Source: a virus
Direction: 5' to 3' (one strand)
IMG/VR virus record: IMGVR_UViG_3300045988_129927
DNA length: 64,000 nt
Part shown: positions 1 to 8,935 of the stretch, piece after piece
Layout: every line of letters starts with the position of its first letter
How positions within the stretch are numbered: the stretch's first letter is position 1
Made by a program: the position numbers and the translations under genes
Notes under the pieces: model-generated
What the model was told of the DNA's origin: nothing
What the model saw: the letters and a program-made list of their open reading frames with translations, nothing else
Database searches by the model: none

Positions 1-926
1 AGCAATTCCTCTTTGGTTTCTTTAGAATAAATACCATCGTAAATTGTATTGTCACTATTACCTTCCTCAACGTAATCAACATTGATAGTATCATTAGTCA
101 CTACATCAGTATGGCGACTTAACTTAGTAATGTCTTGCTTTGTAATAACAATACGACCAGTGTATTCTAAGCTATCCAAGTAACTAGTAATGGTAGTAGG
201 ATTACGGAATAACTGAGTATGTACCATACCTGTTTTTCTAAAACTAAAGCCAATAGCATCACTGCTTTCTGATACATATACTGCACGTGTAGGTGCAATA
301 TAGTCAAAGTCTACAGCAACAGTTTCGTAACTAGGTAAGAACAATTCACCTTTCTCATTCTCAATCTTAACTACATAACCATTTGTATCTGTATCGGATA
401 ATAAAATACTTTTGTTCATTTCTAGACTAAACGGATTACTAGCATATTTAGATAAAGAAATAAACCATTTACTAGTGAGAGAATGATAGTTTTCAATACA
501 ATATAAACCAGTTTTTTGATAAATGGCATCACCTATACGTTTAAAGAGTACGCGTAGATTACCATATAATTCATTACACTGAATTTCAAAATCATTCAAT
601 TCAATTTTTTCATCAGTGAATTCATCGTAAGTATAATAAACGTGGATGTATTGTTTGACTGGTTCAAAACTTAAGCAAAGGTATTTTTGTACTTCCAAAC
701 AGAATGTAATCATTCTTGACTTATACATTCTGTCAGCCATTTCTTCCAGACTACCTAAACCATTTTCTTTAATCAAGATATCGGTAAAAGCATCTATTAC
801 TTCATCTGAATAATCTTCTGACTTACTATCGGAATAAAGATAAAGATAACCATCTTTAAACAGAGGGTCATTTTCCTTACGCAGATAGTTAACTAAGTCT
901 AATCCGTAGTTTACTGTATTTTCCAT
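1..926 (-). CDS. hypothetical protein, C-terminal end lies beyond window start
   Basis: Hand translation from ATG at 926-924 (MENTVNYGLDLVNYLRKENDPLFKDG...) stays open to position 1. AAAAGGAAAC RBS-like leader upstream. Absent from the ORF track because no stop lies inside the window. Confidence 0.6.
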   Translation of the reverse strand, partial: MENTVNYGLDLVNYLRKENDPLFKDGYLYLYSDSKSEDYSDEVIDAFTDILIKENGLGSLEEMADRMYKSRMITFCLEVQKYLCLSFEPVKQYIHVYYTYDEFTDEKIELNDFEIQCNELYGNLRVLFKRIGDAIYQKTGLYCIENYHSLTSKWFISLSKYASNPFSLEMNKSILLSDTDTNGYVVKIENEKGELFLPSYETVAVDFDYIAPTRAVYVSESSDAIGFSFRKTGMVHTQLFRNPTTITSYLDSLEYTGRIVITKQDITKLSRHTDVVTNDTINVDYVEEGNSDNTIYDGIYSKETKEEL

Positions 927-947
927 CTTAGTTTCCTTTTAAAAGAA

Positions 948-1412
948 TTATGCTATTTTAGCAACAAATTGGAAAGTTTCCATATTCTCTTCAATATTGG
1001 AATGAAGATATTTCATCTTGGTTTCTAATTGCTTAGAAATAATAGGCAATGTAGCACTAACCTTATCAGCATAGGATTCTTTAAACTGCTCAAATGACAT
1101 ATCATCTGGAATAAAGAAAGAACCAGAATTGTACATTTGACGCATCGCTGTAATAGCCAAGCTATTAATCTCATTAACCAGGTTTTTACCTTTACCAGTA
1201 TCTAATAAACCAGTAATGATAAAACCATCTGTTAACAGGATTTTAGCTGTAGTGATTCGAGTATGACGTTCTAAGATATATACTTCACAGATGCCTTTGA
1301 CGAAATTGAAATCACTTTTCAGCAATTTCTTAATATCAGAGTGTTTAGGCTTACCTTTCAGGATTTCTACTGTAAAGTCTTTATCCAATTTAGTAACAGT
1401 CATTGTTTCCAT
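948..1412 (-). CDS. hypothetical protein (154 aa)
   Basis: ORF-track ORF. ATG preceded by TTTATAAAGGAAC leader and the promoter-like motif at 1447-1466. No motif recognised. Confidence 0.7.
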   Translation of the reverse strand: METMTVTKLDKDFTVEILKGKPKHSDIKKLLKSDFNFVKGICEVYILERHTRITTAKILLTDGFIITGLLDTGKGKNLVNEINSLAITAMRQMYNSGSFFIPDDMSFEQFKESYADKVSATLPIISKQLETKMKYLHSNIEENMETFQFVAKIA

Positions 1413-1446
1413 TTTTAGTTCCTTTATAAAAAGATTAATCTCACCT

Positions 1447-1466
1447 TAATAGTATAGGTTTAAAAA
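1447..1466 (-). promoter_or_regulatory. promoter-like motif, TTYAAAYNTATAYTAYTA class
   Basis: Minus strand reads ttttaaacctatactattaa. It lies between terminator 1472-1510 and the ATG at 1412. Confidence 0.5.
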
Positions 1467-1471
1467 TATTC

Positions 1472-1510
1472 AAAAAAAAAATAGGTAATGAGCTATTGCC
1501 CACTACCTAT
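1472..1510 (-). terminator. rho-independent terminator
   Basis: Minus strand has a 10-bp stem (ataggtagtg / cattacctat, one G-U pair), a 10-nt loop and a T9 run. Confidence 0.7.
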
Positions 1511-1516
1511 TTTCGA

Positions 1517-2245
1517 TTAAGCTACTTTCTCAATACTCTCAACATAATTGTTAAGATAGTATGCTTTCTGTTCTCGGTAAAGCTGATAGCCTTCACGAAT
1601 GCGATAGTATTTGATATTTTCTTCTTGGTAGTTTTCATTACCTAAACGAGCCATAGTCACACGACACGCTTTTTGGAAAATACCAACATCGCAAATACTC
1701 AACATCTCTTTAAAGCATTTAATGTATTCATCTACGATAGGTTTAGCACTCTTACCTAATTCAGATACAAATACAAAAGATTTTTGACGACGTACTGCTT
1801 GAGGCCAAATACGAATAATCAAACCTTCCATGTCTTCTAGAGATTTCTTCATGTTAGATTTAATTTCATTAATCTTAATTTGGTCTGCTAAGTCATCAGA
1901 CTCAATGTATTTGTTAATGAGTTCTAGTAGCACTTTAGAGACATAGACATTTTCTGTCAAGAAGCAATAGTCTTGCATACTGTCTTTTTCACGTGTACCT
2001 ACCAAGAATCTATCCATATTAGATTTCATGGTAGTGCAGAGTTCTTCAATATTCTTAGAACCAATACGTTGAGTAATCTGTTCTTCAAACAAATCGGTCA
2101 TCAACGAACCGGTTACAGTAGCATTCATTTTCTTATTGCCATGAGCATCGTAACCAAGAGTATTTTTACGATTCACTACTGTACCAGTACTCGCTTTACG
2201 AGCTTTAAGTTTAGCTTTACGCTTAGCGTCTTTATTTTTAGACAT
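1517..2245 (-). CDS. hypothetical protein with Lys/Arg-rich N-terminus (242 aa)
   Basis: ORF with TTTTATAAAGGAATTC leader. N-terminal MSKNKDAKRKAKLKARK tract. Terminator 1472-1510 downstream. Confidence 0.7.
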   Translation of the reverse strand: MSKNKDAKRKAKLKARKASTGTVVNRKNTLGYDAHGNKKMNATVTGSLMTDLFEEQITQRIGSKNIEELCTTMKSNMDRFLVGTREKDSMQDYCFLTENVYVSKVLLELINKYIESDDLADQIKINEIKSNMKKSLEDMEGLIIRIWPQAVRRQKSFVFVSELGKSAKPIVDEYIKCFKEMLSICDVGIFQKACRVTMARLGNENYQEENIKYYRIREGYQLYREQKAYYLNNYVESIEKVA

Positions 2246-2269
2246 AATGAATTCCTTTATAAAAGATAA

Positions 2270-2308
2270 AAAATAAAAATACTATAGGTGGAATTAACCA
2301 CCTATAGT
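2270..2308 (-). terminator. rho-independent terminator
   Basis: 11-bp perfect stem (actataggtgg / ccacctatagt), a 6-nt loop and a T-rich tail on the minus strand. Confidence 0.65.
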
Positions 2309-2321
2309 ATTCTATACTAGA

Positions 2322-2936
2322 TTACTTCTTCATGACAATTGGCAAAGTTGCCAAAACAATCTCTACAATCTTAGAAACTATTTCAGGGTCTACACCCTCT
2401 TTGCTGATTTTGTCAGCAATTGCATGAAGTTCGTTAGATTGTTTAGAAGGTTTACCTTCCAATTCACGCATCAGCTTCAAAGATTCTGGGTCGTTCATTG
2501 ATTGGTAGTTATCAGCATCGATGTGAACAGAAACTTCGATGTTGATAAAAGGTTTGCTATCTTCATCGACTTTGATGTCAGTAAGCAATTTAGCAGTGTA
2601 GTCTACAATGCCTTTTACTACTTCTTCGGAGAGTTCTTCCCACTCACCATATTTTACGACGAACATGCTTTCGGCATCTCGACCATCGATATAAATAAAC
2701 CCACTTGTTTTACTAACATCGAGTTTAAATGGGAATGGGCGCACGCCACTTACCCCATTCTCACTTTTACGAGAAGTATGTGACGGAACAAGCACGTTTT
2801 GAGTTACTTCAAAGTTGAATTGCGCTTCTTTACCGAATTTCTCTACCAACACTTTCTTTACTGCTTTGGTGAAGAATTTAGAGAATTGGAACTTCTTGGT
2901 GAAGATTTGATTTTGTTGGGTATTTTGAACGTTCAT
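2322..2936 (-). CDS. hypothetical protein (204 aa, start revised)
   Basis: The track ORF runs to 2996, but that extension reads through the leader hairpin at 2970-2997. ATG at 2936-2934 (MNVQNTQQ...) sits directly after the TATATAAAGGAAATTAAA leader. Confidence 0.65.
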   Translation of the reverse strand: MNVQNTQQNQIFTKKFQFSKFFTKAVKKVLVEKFGKEAQFNFEVTQNVLVPSHTSRKSENGVSGVRPFPFKLDVSKTSGFIYIDGRDAESMFVVKYGEWEELSEEVVKGIVDYTAKLLTDIKVDEDSKPFINIEVSVHIDADNYQSMNDPESLKLMRELEGKPSKQSNELHAIADKISKEGVDPEIVSKIVEIVLATLPIVMKK

Positions 2937-2996
2937 TTTAATTTCCTTTATATAAAGATTGGATAGAATAGTGAAAGGAACCGTCGTCCCTTTCAC

Positions 2997-3017
2997 TATA
3001 ATAGTATATATTTAAAA
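2997..3017 (-). promoter_or_regulatory. promoter-like motif, same class
   Basis: Minus strand reads ttttaaatatatactattata. Leader hairpin 2970-2997 follows. Confidence 0.5.
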
Positions 3018-3027
3018 TTATTTTGAA

Positions 3028-3288
3028 TTAGTTAGCCTTACGAATAATGTCTTGAGATTGACGGATACATTGAGTTAATGTATTAACAACAATACGACAC
3101 TCCTCATTCTCTTGTACTACCTCTACATAAGCACGAACCAAATCACCATTGGTTTTAATCTCTTGACGTTTAATAGGATCAGCACATACGTTTGGAATAG
3201 GACAATCGTAAGCCACATATTCTTTTACTTTAGTCGGTGTCGTACATGCTACAACAGAAAGTAAAATAGGAAGAATTAAGTATTTCAT
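3028..3288 (-). CDS. outer-membrane lipoprotein, o-spanin-like (86 aa)
   Basis: MKYLILPILLSVVAC is a signal peptide with lipobox V-V-A-C. Small protein with several Cys and Pro residues. Starts 4 nt after the i-spanin-like ORF, whose last codons supply AAGGAA as RBS. Confidence 0.6.
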   Translation of the reverse strand: MKYLILPILLSVVACTTPTKVKEYVAYDCPIPNVCADPIKRQEIKTNGDLVRAYVEVVQENEECRIVVNTLTQCIRQSQDIIRKAN

Positions 3289-3291
3289 TTT

Positions 3292-3705
3292 TTATTCCTT
3301 AGGTTTTAAAGGGATAGATGGGATAGATGGAATACCATTTGCGATATTTCTAATATCTAAAGGCAATTCTTGAGATTCGTATTCTTTGTGTTTGTCTAAA
3401 GAATGCTCTAAGTCTTCTTTAACTTTATTGAAGTTATCATGACTTTGTTTAAATAATGCTAACTGATTATCAGCAGCAGTTTTATAAGCAGTCGCTAATT
3501 CAGTTTGTAGAGCCAATTCTCTTTTCAAATCACGTACTTCATCTTCTAACAGCACAATCTTTTCTTTTCGAGTATCTAATGCTCGAGATTGATGTTGAAT
3601 AATGACCAAAGAGATAACAATGACAGACATTAGAAAAATAAATAATCCAGGGATTATCCATCTCTTAGCACTTTGTTTATAACCATTTAAATCAGAATAA
3701 AGCAT
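3292..3705 (-). CDS. i-spanin-like type II membrane protein (137 aa)
   Basis: One N-terminal TM helix (WIIPGLFIFLMSVIVISLVIIQ), then a long coiled-coil-like region and a Pro-rich tail (IPSIPSIPLKPKE). Lies directly upstream of the lipoprotein ORF, giving a separated two-component spanin layout. Confidence 0.6.
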   Translation of the reverse strand: MLYSDLNGYKQSAKRWIIPGLFIFLMSVIVISLVIIQHQSRALDTRKEKIVLLEDEVRDLKRELALQTELATAYKTAADNQLALFKQSHDNFNKVKEDLEHSLDKHKEYESQELPLDIRNIANGIPSIPSIPLKPKE

Positions 3706-3710
3706 ATTTA

Positions 3711-4286
3711 TTATATCCTTTCACCAAACCTCATGTAACGTACATCAGTAAATGTTAATGCTTGATTGGTTTCTGGCATACTTAAAGTATTAAACCAGTC
3801 AGAACCATCGTAGTAACTAGGTGAATTGATTTTAATAAATGGGATATATTCACCTTGAGACCACTCGGCATTATAATCATTAATGTATTTCTCATGTAGT
3901 AACATGAAGGTATTTGTTTTAATAAGAATAACGTCCATTTTATTACCATGGACATCAGTAACTGTTTGAAACTTAAGATTACCAGAATTAATAAATGTAT
4001 CGTATTGTTCGGGTTTTACTAAAGGGACAAAAGTAGCTTCTACTTCTAAATCTTCTTTAATAAGATACTTAGGTAATCTATTCTTAGAATACACTATAGT
4101 GACCGCTGTTTGACGCGGTAAGCCCTCTTTATTCAAAAGGGTATGACATACCCCAATACCATCTAAAATCGAAGCTAGAGCCAATACAGACTCATTAGAG
4201 AGCATTAACGATACATGGTCAATACAAATAAGGTCATCCCGAACAACAGAGTACATCTCTTTACTGGTGAGAATAATACTATCCAT
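3711..4286 (-). CDS. hypothetical protein (191 aa)
   Basis: ORF with TTAAATAAAGGAATAC leader. No motif recognised. Confidence 0.65.
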   Translation of the reverse strand: MDSIILTSKEMYSVVRDDLICIDHVSLMLSNESVLALASILDGIGVCHTLLNKEGLPRQTAVTIVYSKNRLPKYLIKEDLEVEATFVPLVKPEQYDTFINSGNLKFQTVTDVHGNKMDVILIKTNTFMLLHEKYINDYNAEWSQGEYIPFIKINSPSYYDGSDWFNTLSMPETNQALTFTDVRYMRFGERI

Positions 4287-4344
4287 AATGTATTCCTTTA
4301 TTTAAATAAGTACATTCAGTATAATATTATTCCTAAATTAAAAT

Positions 4345-5856
4345 CTAAACCACACTCTTAAATAGTACACCAAATAAACCTGCGATAAACATATGGTCAT
4401 TTTTAGATAGAGTACTCATGGAGAAATAATCACTATCCTGTGTATTATATAAGTTTTTCAAACCAGTATAGTTTCTAGGATTTGTCTCCTTAATATAAGA
4501 TAAATATCCATTGGTTAGACTACCTGGATTAACTCTGATATTAAACCTACTATAAATCCATTCATTAAATTCTTTAAAAATAGTAGCAAAAAAGAAATCC
4601 TTAACCCACATATTTTCTTTAGTAGTCGGTTGACCATTAAATGCTTCTAGTTTACAAACAATACCAGCATAGTCTCTAAATTCATTTGTATCAATATAAG
4701 ATTTATTTAGATGTTTTGTAAACTGGAGTTGAATATCAGAACCTACAGCTAAACCATTATTAATACCTGCTACATTTTTCATGGTAAATCTTTTACCAGG
4801 TTCTCTATTAGTTTCTTTTAAGAAACGGATAAAAGCAGAACCAATATGTAATTGCAAGATAATAGATTTAAATCCATGATATTTACCATCGTCGCAATAG
4901 AATACACGATAACCAATGATGTCATCTTCACCAACAATAGCAGCACCACGTTTCCAGATATTATTTACCCAAAAACCATCTAAAGTATAATCGTATACAG
5001 ATGTTTTAATAGCAGGGTCTTTAACAAAGTTAACAACCTTAGTCGTAATCGCTGGGATATATTGTTCTTCAATATCGATGTCTTGAATTAAGAAAGGTTT
5101 ATTATTAAATGGTTCAATATTGTTCTTAAGATTAAGCATTTTAATAAAGAACTCTTTTACGGATTCATTACCTGTAAAACGACCATCTAAAGAATAAGCT
5201 CTTTCAATCCTAAAACCACTATTGTCTTGATATTCATTAGAAGGAAAGTGCCAGTTAAATGTCCAACCACCGAAGAATGAACCAATCAATTGATTTTTAG
5301 CTTTAGGAAAGAAGTAACGGGATACGTAGATTTGTGTAGGGATACTGTTAATAGAAACCATTTCTCTAACATTAAACCCATATTGTTTACTTCCGTAGTA
5401 ACAAGGGGAAGCTAGAGAAGGAAATACAGTCATAGAGCGGAAGTCTTCAGATACTTCTACACGAAAAGGAAACCTATCTTCTTGAGAAAACTTAGGATGT
5501 CTATTTATCTTTTCTGCTAACTTTTCATTCATTGCAGTACGATTAGTAAAGTCTACTAATCCTTCTGTTCGCTCATCATGTTCTAATCTAAACGATGTAT
5601 CACCTGGAAAACCAAGAGGAACACGATTATAGTTACTCTCAGCATAAGCATTTTTTTCACGTAAATGTGTAGGTGAGTTTGGTAAGATATGTAAATGTAA
5701 TTCTGTATTATAACTTTTACCATTAATGGTCTTATCACGTGCTAAACAAGAATATCCTTCAATGTCATTCTTAACAGTTTGTGGGATATTAGCTTGTTCT
5801 AAAAGATACATTAGATTATCTGTTTGTGATTTTTCTGGATCGACTAATATAGTCAT
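4345..5856 (-). CDS. hypothetical protein (503 aa)
   Basis: Long ORF. AAAAGGAGTATTTTA precedes the ATG. No motif recognised. Confidence 0.75.
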   Translation of the reverse strand: MTILVDPEKSQTDNLMYLLEQANIPQTVKNDIEGYSCLARDKTINGKSYNTELHLHILPNSPTHLREKNAYAESNYNRVPLGFPGDTSFRLEHDERTEGLVDFTNRTAMNEKLAEKINRHPKFSQEDRFPFRVEVSEDFRSMTVFPSLASPCYYGSKQYGFNVREMVSINSIPTQIYVSRYFFPKAKNQLIGSFFGGWTFNWHFPSNEYQDNSGFRIERAYSLDGRFTGNESVKEFFIKMLNLKNNIEPFNNKPFLIQDIDIEEQYIPAITTKVVNFVKDPAIKTSVYDYTLDGFWVNNIWKRGAAIVGEDDIIGYRVFYCDDGKYHGFKSIILQLHIGSAFIRFLKETNREPGKRFTMKNVAGINNGLAVGSDIQLQFTKHLNKSYIDTNEFRDYAGIVCKLEAFNGQPTTKENMWVKDFFFATIFKEFNEWIYSRFNIRVNPGSLTNGYLSYIKETNPRNYTGLKNLYNTQDSDYFSMSTLSKNDHMFIAGLFGVLFKSVV

Positions 5857-5873
5857 TAAAATACTCCTTTTAA

Positions 5874-5908
5874 ATCAAAAAAAAAGAGAAGTAATCCTTC
5901 TCTTTTTT
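5874..5908. terminator. bidirectional hairpin terminator
   Basis: Stem aaagagaag / cttctcttt, flanked by an A-run and a T-run. Confidence 0.6.
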
Positions 5909-5916
5909 GTATTGTA

Positions 5917-6105
5917 TTAGTTGCACTCTTCCGATGAAGGTGCTTTCATACAATAATCAGCAAGGTCTTCAATTTGACGCATCTTAGCGTCAGCTTTAGC
6001 CTCAGCTGTTTGACGTGCACCCATAGTGACATCGCTGTCACTAGGGGATACTACGTATACAGTCAACGCAGCAATAGCTGCTACCAAGATATAACGGATT
6101 TTCAT
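5917..6105 (-). CDS. small exported or membrane-anchored protein (62 aa)
   Basis: N-terminal hydrophobic segment MKIRYILVAAIAALTVYVV. AAGGAAGAATC RBS. Followed by the bidirectional terminator 5874-5908. Confidence 0.5.
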   Translation of the reverse strand: MKIRYILVAAIAALTVYVVSPSDSDVTMGARQTAEAKADAKMRQIEDLADYCMKAPSSEECN

Positions 6106-6118
6106 GATTCTTCCTTTC

Positions 6119-6358
6119 TTAAAATTTAGTGGCTGCTAAGATTTTGATTTCTGTCTCTACAAAATGTAGGTCAATACCTATATCTGTGTATTGTTTGTAG
6201 AGGTCGAGAGTGAACTCTCGATCCATCAAATTCTTAGCCATTGATTCCAACTTAGCAGCGGCTGCTTTTCGTTCAGCCATTTGTTGCTCCCAATAGGTAT
6301 CAAACTCTGCTAGTTTTTCCTGCAGTTCGGTTCGGGTTTGTTCATAAGTTTTTTCCAT
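6119..6358 (-). CDS. small coiled-coil protein (79 aa)
   Basis: ORF with strong TTAAGGAGACTACT-ATG initiation region, related to the 64-bp leader at 39080 and 54943. Locally higher G+C. Confidence 0.55.
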   Translation of the reverse strand: MEKTYEQTRTELQEKLAEFDTYWEQQMAERKAAAAKLESMAKNLMDREFTLDLYKQYTDIGIDLHFVETEIKILAATKF

Positions 6359-6482
6359 AGTAGTCTCCTTAAGTTGTTGGAATTGTTTTGTGTAGATAGA
6401 TTAGTAAGAATCTATTACGGTGCATTGAGGAACATAGCTGCACTAGGCTACTTAACCGTTACTTACTTAACGTTTGTTTCCA

Positions 6483-6827
6483 TCACTTAACAGTGTAGAT
6501 ACTGAAGCTAAATGTGGCTTCAGCGATTTCGCTGTCAGTGTATTCGTGACGGTCAGTGAGTCGTGGTAAACCACGTACACCCATTACGATTACACTATCA
6601 CCACTGTTAACCACAACACGTGGTGGTGTTGTTGGGATTTCAACATGAATGGAGAATTTCTTCTCCATTGCACTGATGGTAGCTACGTGTGATGGGTTCA
6701 GGCATGGAGTGACACCACGATTGATGAGTTCTTTCACTTCATCGATTGTCAAGGTTTTGCGAGTAATCTCGCAGTCACCATTAAACATGCTATCAGCTAA
6801 AGCAAATCCGAAAAATGTTGTAGACAT
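6483..6827 (-). CDS. DUF1874-family protein, candidate AcrIII-1-type ring nuclease (114 aa)
   Basis: Full-length by-eye match to the DUF1874 pattern (SIRV1 gp29, STIV B116, YddF, all from memory). FALADSMF matches NAFSINML. NPSHVAT matches IGHDST, which holds the catalytic His. VVVNSGDSVIVMGVRGLPRL matches IKLEKEDKLYVVQISQRL. FSFSIY matches VQFFEI. Confidence 0.5.
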   Translation of the reverse strand: MSTTFFGFALADSMFNGDCEITRKTLTIDEVKELINRGVTPCLNPSHVATISAMEKKFSIHVEIPTTPPRVVVNSGDSVIVMGVRGLPRLTDRHEYTDSEIAEATFSFSIYTVK

Positions 6828-6892
6828 AATCTTTCCTTTCTATAAATGTAAAATAAGTTAACGAGAAGAAATAATTTTCTTCTCTTTTCACC

Positions 6893-6913
6893 TTGATAGT
6901 ATGTATTTGAAAA
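6893..6913 (-). promoter_or_regulatory. promoter-like motif, same class
   Basis: Minus strand reads ttttcaaatacatactatcaa. It lies upstream of the DUF1874 gene. Confidence 0.5.
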
Positions 6914-6933
6914 AATCTAAAATACAAAATACA

Positions 6934-7251
6934 TTAGATATTTTCAATAGCCAATTCGATATCTGCAATCTGTTTTCTAACAATAGCTAATTGTTTAAAT
7001 AACTTAACACGCAATTGAGTTAACTCATTAACTTTTGAAGTAAACGATTCATTATCTCCAGATTGTGAACCTCTAAATTGTGAACCTAATGGTACACTAA
7101 ATGGTGGTTTAGTAGCATACAGTACACGCAACTCGTTACTAACTTCCTCATTTGATTTAATGAGTTTAGACTTCACTTCTTGTAAAGAAGCTAAGTCTTC
7201 TTTCAGCATTTTCTTTTGTTGCTCTAAGAATGATTGCATAGTCATTTCCAT
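6934..7251 (-). CDS. small coiled-coil protein (105 aa)
   Basis: ORF with TATATAAAGGAATCTTAAA leader. Heptad-like, Lys/Glu/Leu-rich sequence. Confidence 0.6.
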   Translation of the reverse strand: MEMTMQSFLEQQKKMLKEDLASLQEVKSKLIKSNEEVSNELRVLYATKPPFSVPLGSQFRGSQSGDNESFTSKVNELTQLRVKLFKQLAIVRKQIADIELAIENI

Positions 7252-7307
7252 TTTAAGATTCCTTTATATAAAATATTAAAAAATAGAGAAGTTCTCTTCT
7301 CTTTCAA

Positions 7308-7329
7308 TTTAGTAATATAGACTTGAAAT
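7308..7329 (-). promoter_or_regulatory. promoter-like motif, same class
   Basis: Minus strand reads atttcaagtctatattactaaa. It lies between terminator 7342-7380 and the ATG at 7251. Confidence 0.5.
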
Positions 7330-7341
7330 AAAATAAAATAT

Positions 7342-7380
7342 AATAAAAATAGAAAGAGTAGGAATTACCTACTCTTTCTA
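7342..7380 (-). terminator. rho-independent terminator
   Basis: 12-13 bp stem (tagaaagagtagg / cctactctttcta) and a T-rich tail on the minus strand. Confidence 0.7.
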
Positions 7381-7392
7381 CTTAATCAATTG

Positions 7393-8916
7393 TTATTCTA
7401 CAATTTCAGTGTAACCAGCTAAAGAAGGTACCAAGTCGATACTGTTTACTTCAGTCTCTTCACTTGGAAGTGCGTCTTCATCAATATTTGGTTGACCATC
7501 AAAACCACTTAAGTCTTTCTCTACTGTAGTTTCCTTAATATCGTATTCTACTACGATAGCAAATTCACCAGTAATAAATGGTTTAGCTTCATCTTTAACA
7601 GTAACTAAAACAGTAGCAGAACTATTGTCGTAAGTGTTACTACCTTGATTAATGCTACCAAATTCTAAATAGCTACCTAACCCTAAAGTGTCTTTAAAGT
7701 AAGTAACCAATTCATTTAGTTTTTCTTCTGCATTTTCTTCACTCTTAACTTCACTGTGTTCAGCAATCAAAGCCAATGTACCACTAGCATTTGCTAGAGC
7801 ACCAGTAGAGAATGAAAATTCAGCATTAACAGAAGCAGGTTTATAATCAATGAATTCTTTAGGATAACTAGAAATATCAGATTGAATCGCATAGAAGTCA
7901 CGACTACCGATTACTTTATTGGTTAAAGTAGCTGGGATTTCCACAGTAGGTAATTTAACCAATTTCAAGTTATTTTCAGTAATCAGTTGACGTTCTTCCT
8001 CAGTAAATGCTTTTTCTAAATCATTAGTATCAGCTAATGTAGCTTGACCAAATAACTCAGTAGCACCTAAACCACTGCTTTCCAGATAAGTCTTACGTGC
8101 ATCAAATGCTTCAGTATAATAACCATTTTCAAAGAAACGATTTTTTACTTGGTCTAAGTTAAACGTCATGTTATAAACAAGTAAGTTTGAAGCACCATTA
8201 TAACTTACATCTTTTAAGAATTTAAAGCGCAATACTTCTACTTTAAATACTTTAGATAAATCAAGCTGACGCATGACTTTAATGTCTGATTTCAAAGAAG
8301 AGAAACCATGTGTTACAGAAGGTACAACATTAATGGTAGAGACTTCACCATATTTTACTGTACCTGTTTCTTCTGGACGATACAAGATTTCTGTACTACC
8401 AGAAGATTCTGGGTCTTGATACAGATTATTTTTACTCAAGAGGCTAGCAACAGCAACATCGAATTTACCAGAGGTAGTAAGTGCTGAAATATCTAGGTTA
8501 TCTTCTGGGATATAAGAAACTTCTGTACCTAGAATACCATGCACTAAGTCTAGTTTAGTATAACGGTGTGTTAACACTACCCATTCTTTGTCAGCAGGTA
8601 CTGATAATGCGCTTACTTCTTCAAAAGAAAGTAAACCATTATTGTATTTACGTACATAAATCTTACCAGTATTGTGTGGGTCTACAGTATTACTTTCTGT
8701 TTTAACGACATTGTGGTCAGTCGTATTAATACGTGCTGCTACGTCTTTTAAAAAAGCAATATGGACAGCAGCATTGTATTTCTCTTCAGAAATTTCAGAG
8801 AGTGTAAAATACACATTCTCTTGATTCAATACTGCATTGGTGTAGCCTGCATCAATCAGCAAACTATTAAAGTTATTTGCTGTAGTAGCATTTAGATTAT
8901 ACTTGATATTAGGCAT
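7393..8916 (-). CDS. paralog-array protein 1 of 5 (507 aa), probable virion or fibre-associated
   Basis: The N-terminus MPNIKYNLNATTANNFNSLLIDAGYTNAVLNQENVYFT and the C-terminus GEFAIVVEYD..VEKDLSGFDG are shared with the ORFs at 8936, 10576, 12164 and 15228. Confidence 0.8.
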   Translation of the reverse strand: MPNIKYNLNATTANNFNSLLIDAGYTNAVLNQENVYFTLSEISEEKYNAAVHIAFLKDVAARINTTDHNVVKTESNTVDPHNTGKIYVRKYNNGLLSFEEVSALSVPADKEWVVLTHRYTKLDLVHGILGTEVSYIPEDNLDISALTTSGKFDVAVASLLSKNNLYQDPESSGSTEILYRPEETGTVKYGEVSTINVVPSVTHGFSSLKSDIKVMRQLDLSKVFKVEVLRFKFLKDVSYNGASNLLVYNMTFNLDQVKNRFFENGYYTEAFDARKTYLESSGLGATELFGQATLADTNDLEKAFTEEERQLITENNLKLVKLPTVEIPATLTNKVIGSRDFYAIQSDISSYPKEFIDYKPASVNAEFSFSTGALANASGTLALIAEHSEVKSEENAEEKLNELVTYFKDTLGLGSYLEFGSINQGSNTYDNSSATVLVTVKDEAKPFITGEFAIVVEYDIKETTVEKDLSGFDGQPNIDEDALPSEETEVNSIDLVPSLAGYTEIVE

Positions 8917-8935
8917 TATTTATTCTCCTTATCCA

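Noticed and set aside
1973-2269. Plus-strand ORFs lying antisense inside longer minus-strand genes. Examples are 1973-2269, 2502-2783, 9044-9322, 11269-11559, 14785-15165, 19144-19482, 20561-21007, 33614-33910, 33980-34291, 35159-35620, 35672-36070, 38094-38465, 40132-40617 and 63531-63932.
   Set aside because: They are shadow frames of well-supported genes on the other strand. They have low-complexity Phe/Ser/Leu/Ile-rich translations, no RBS or leader motif, and no promoter motif in their orientation.
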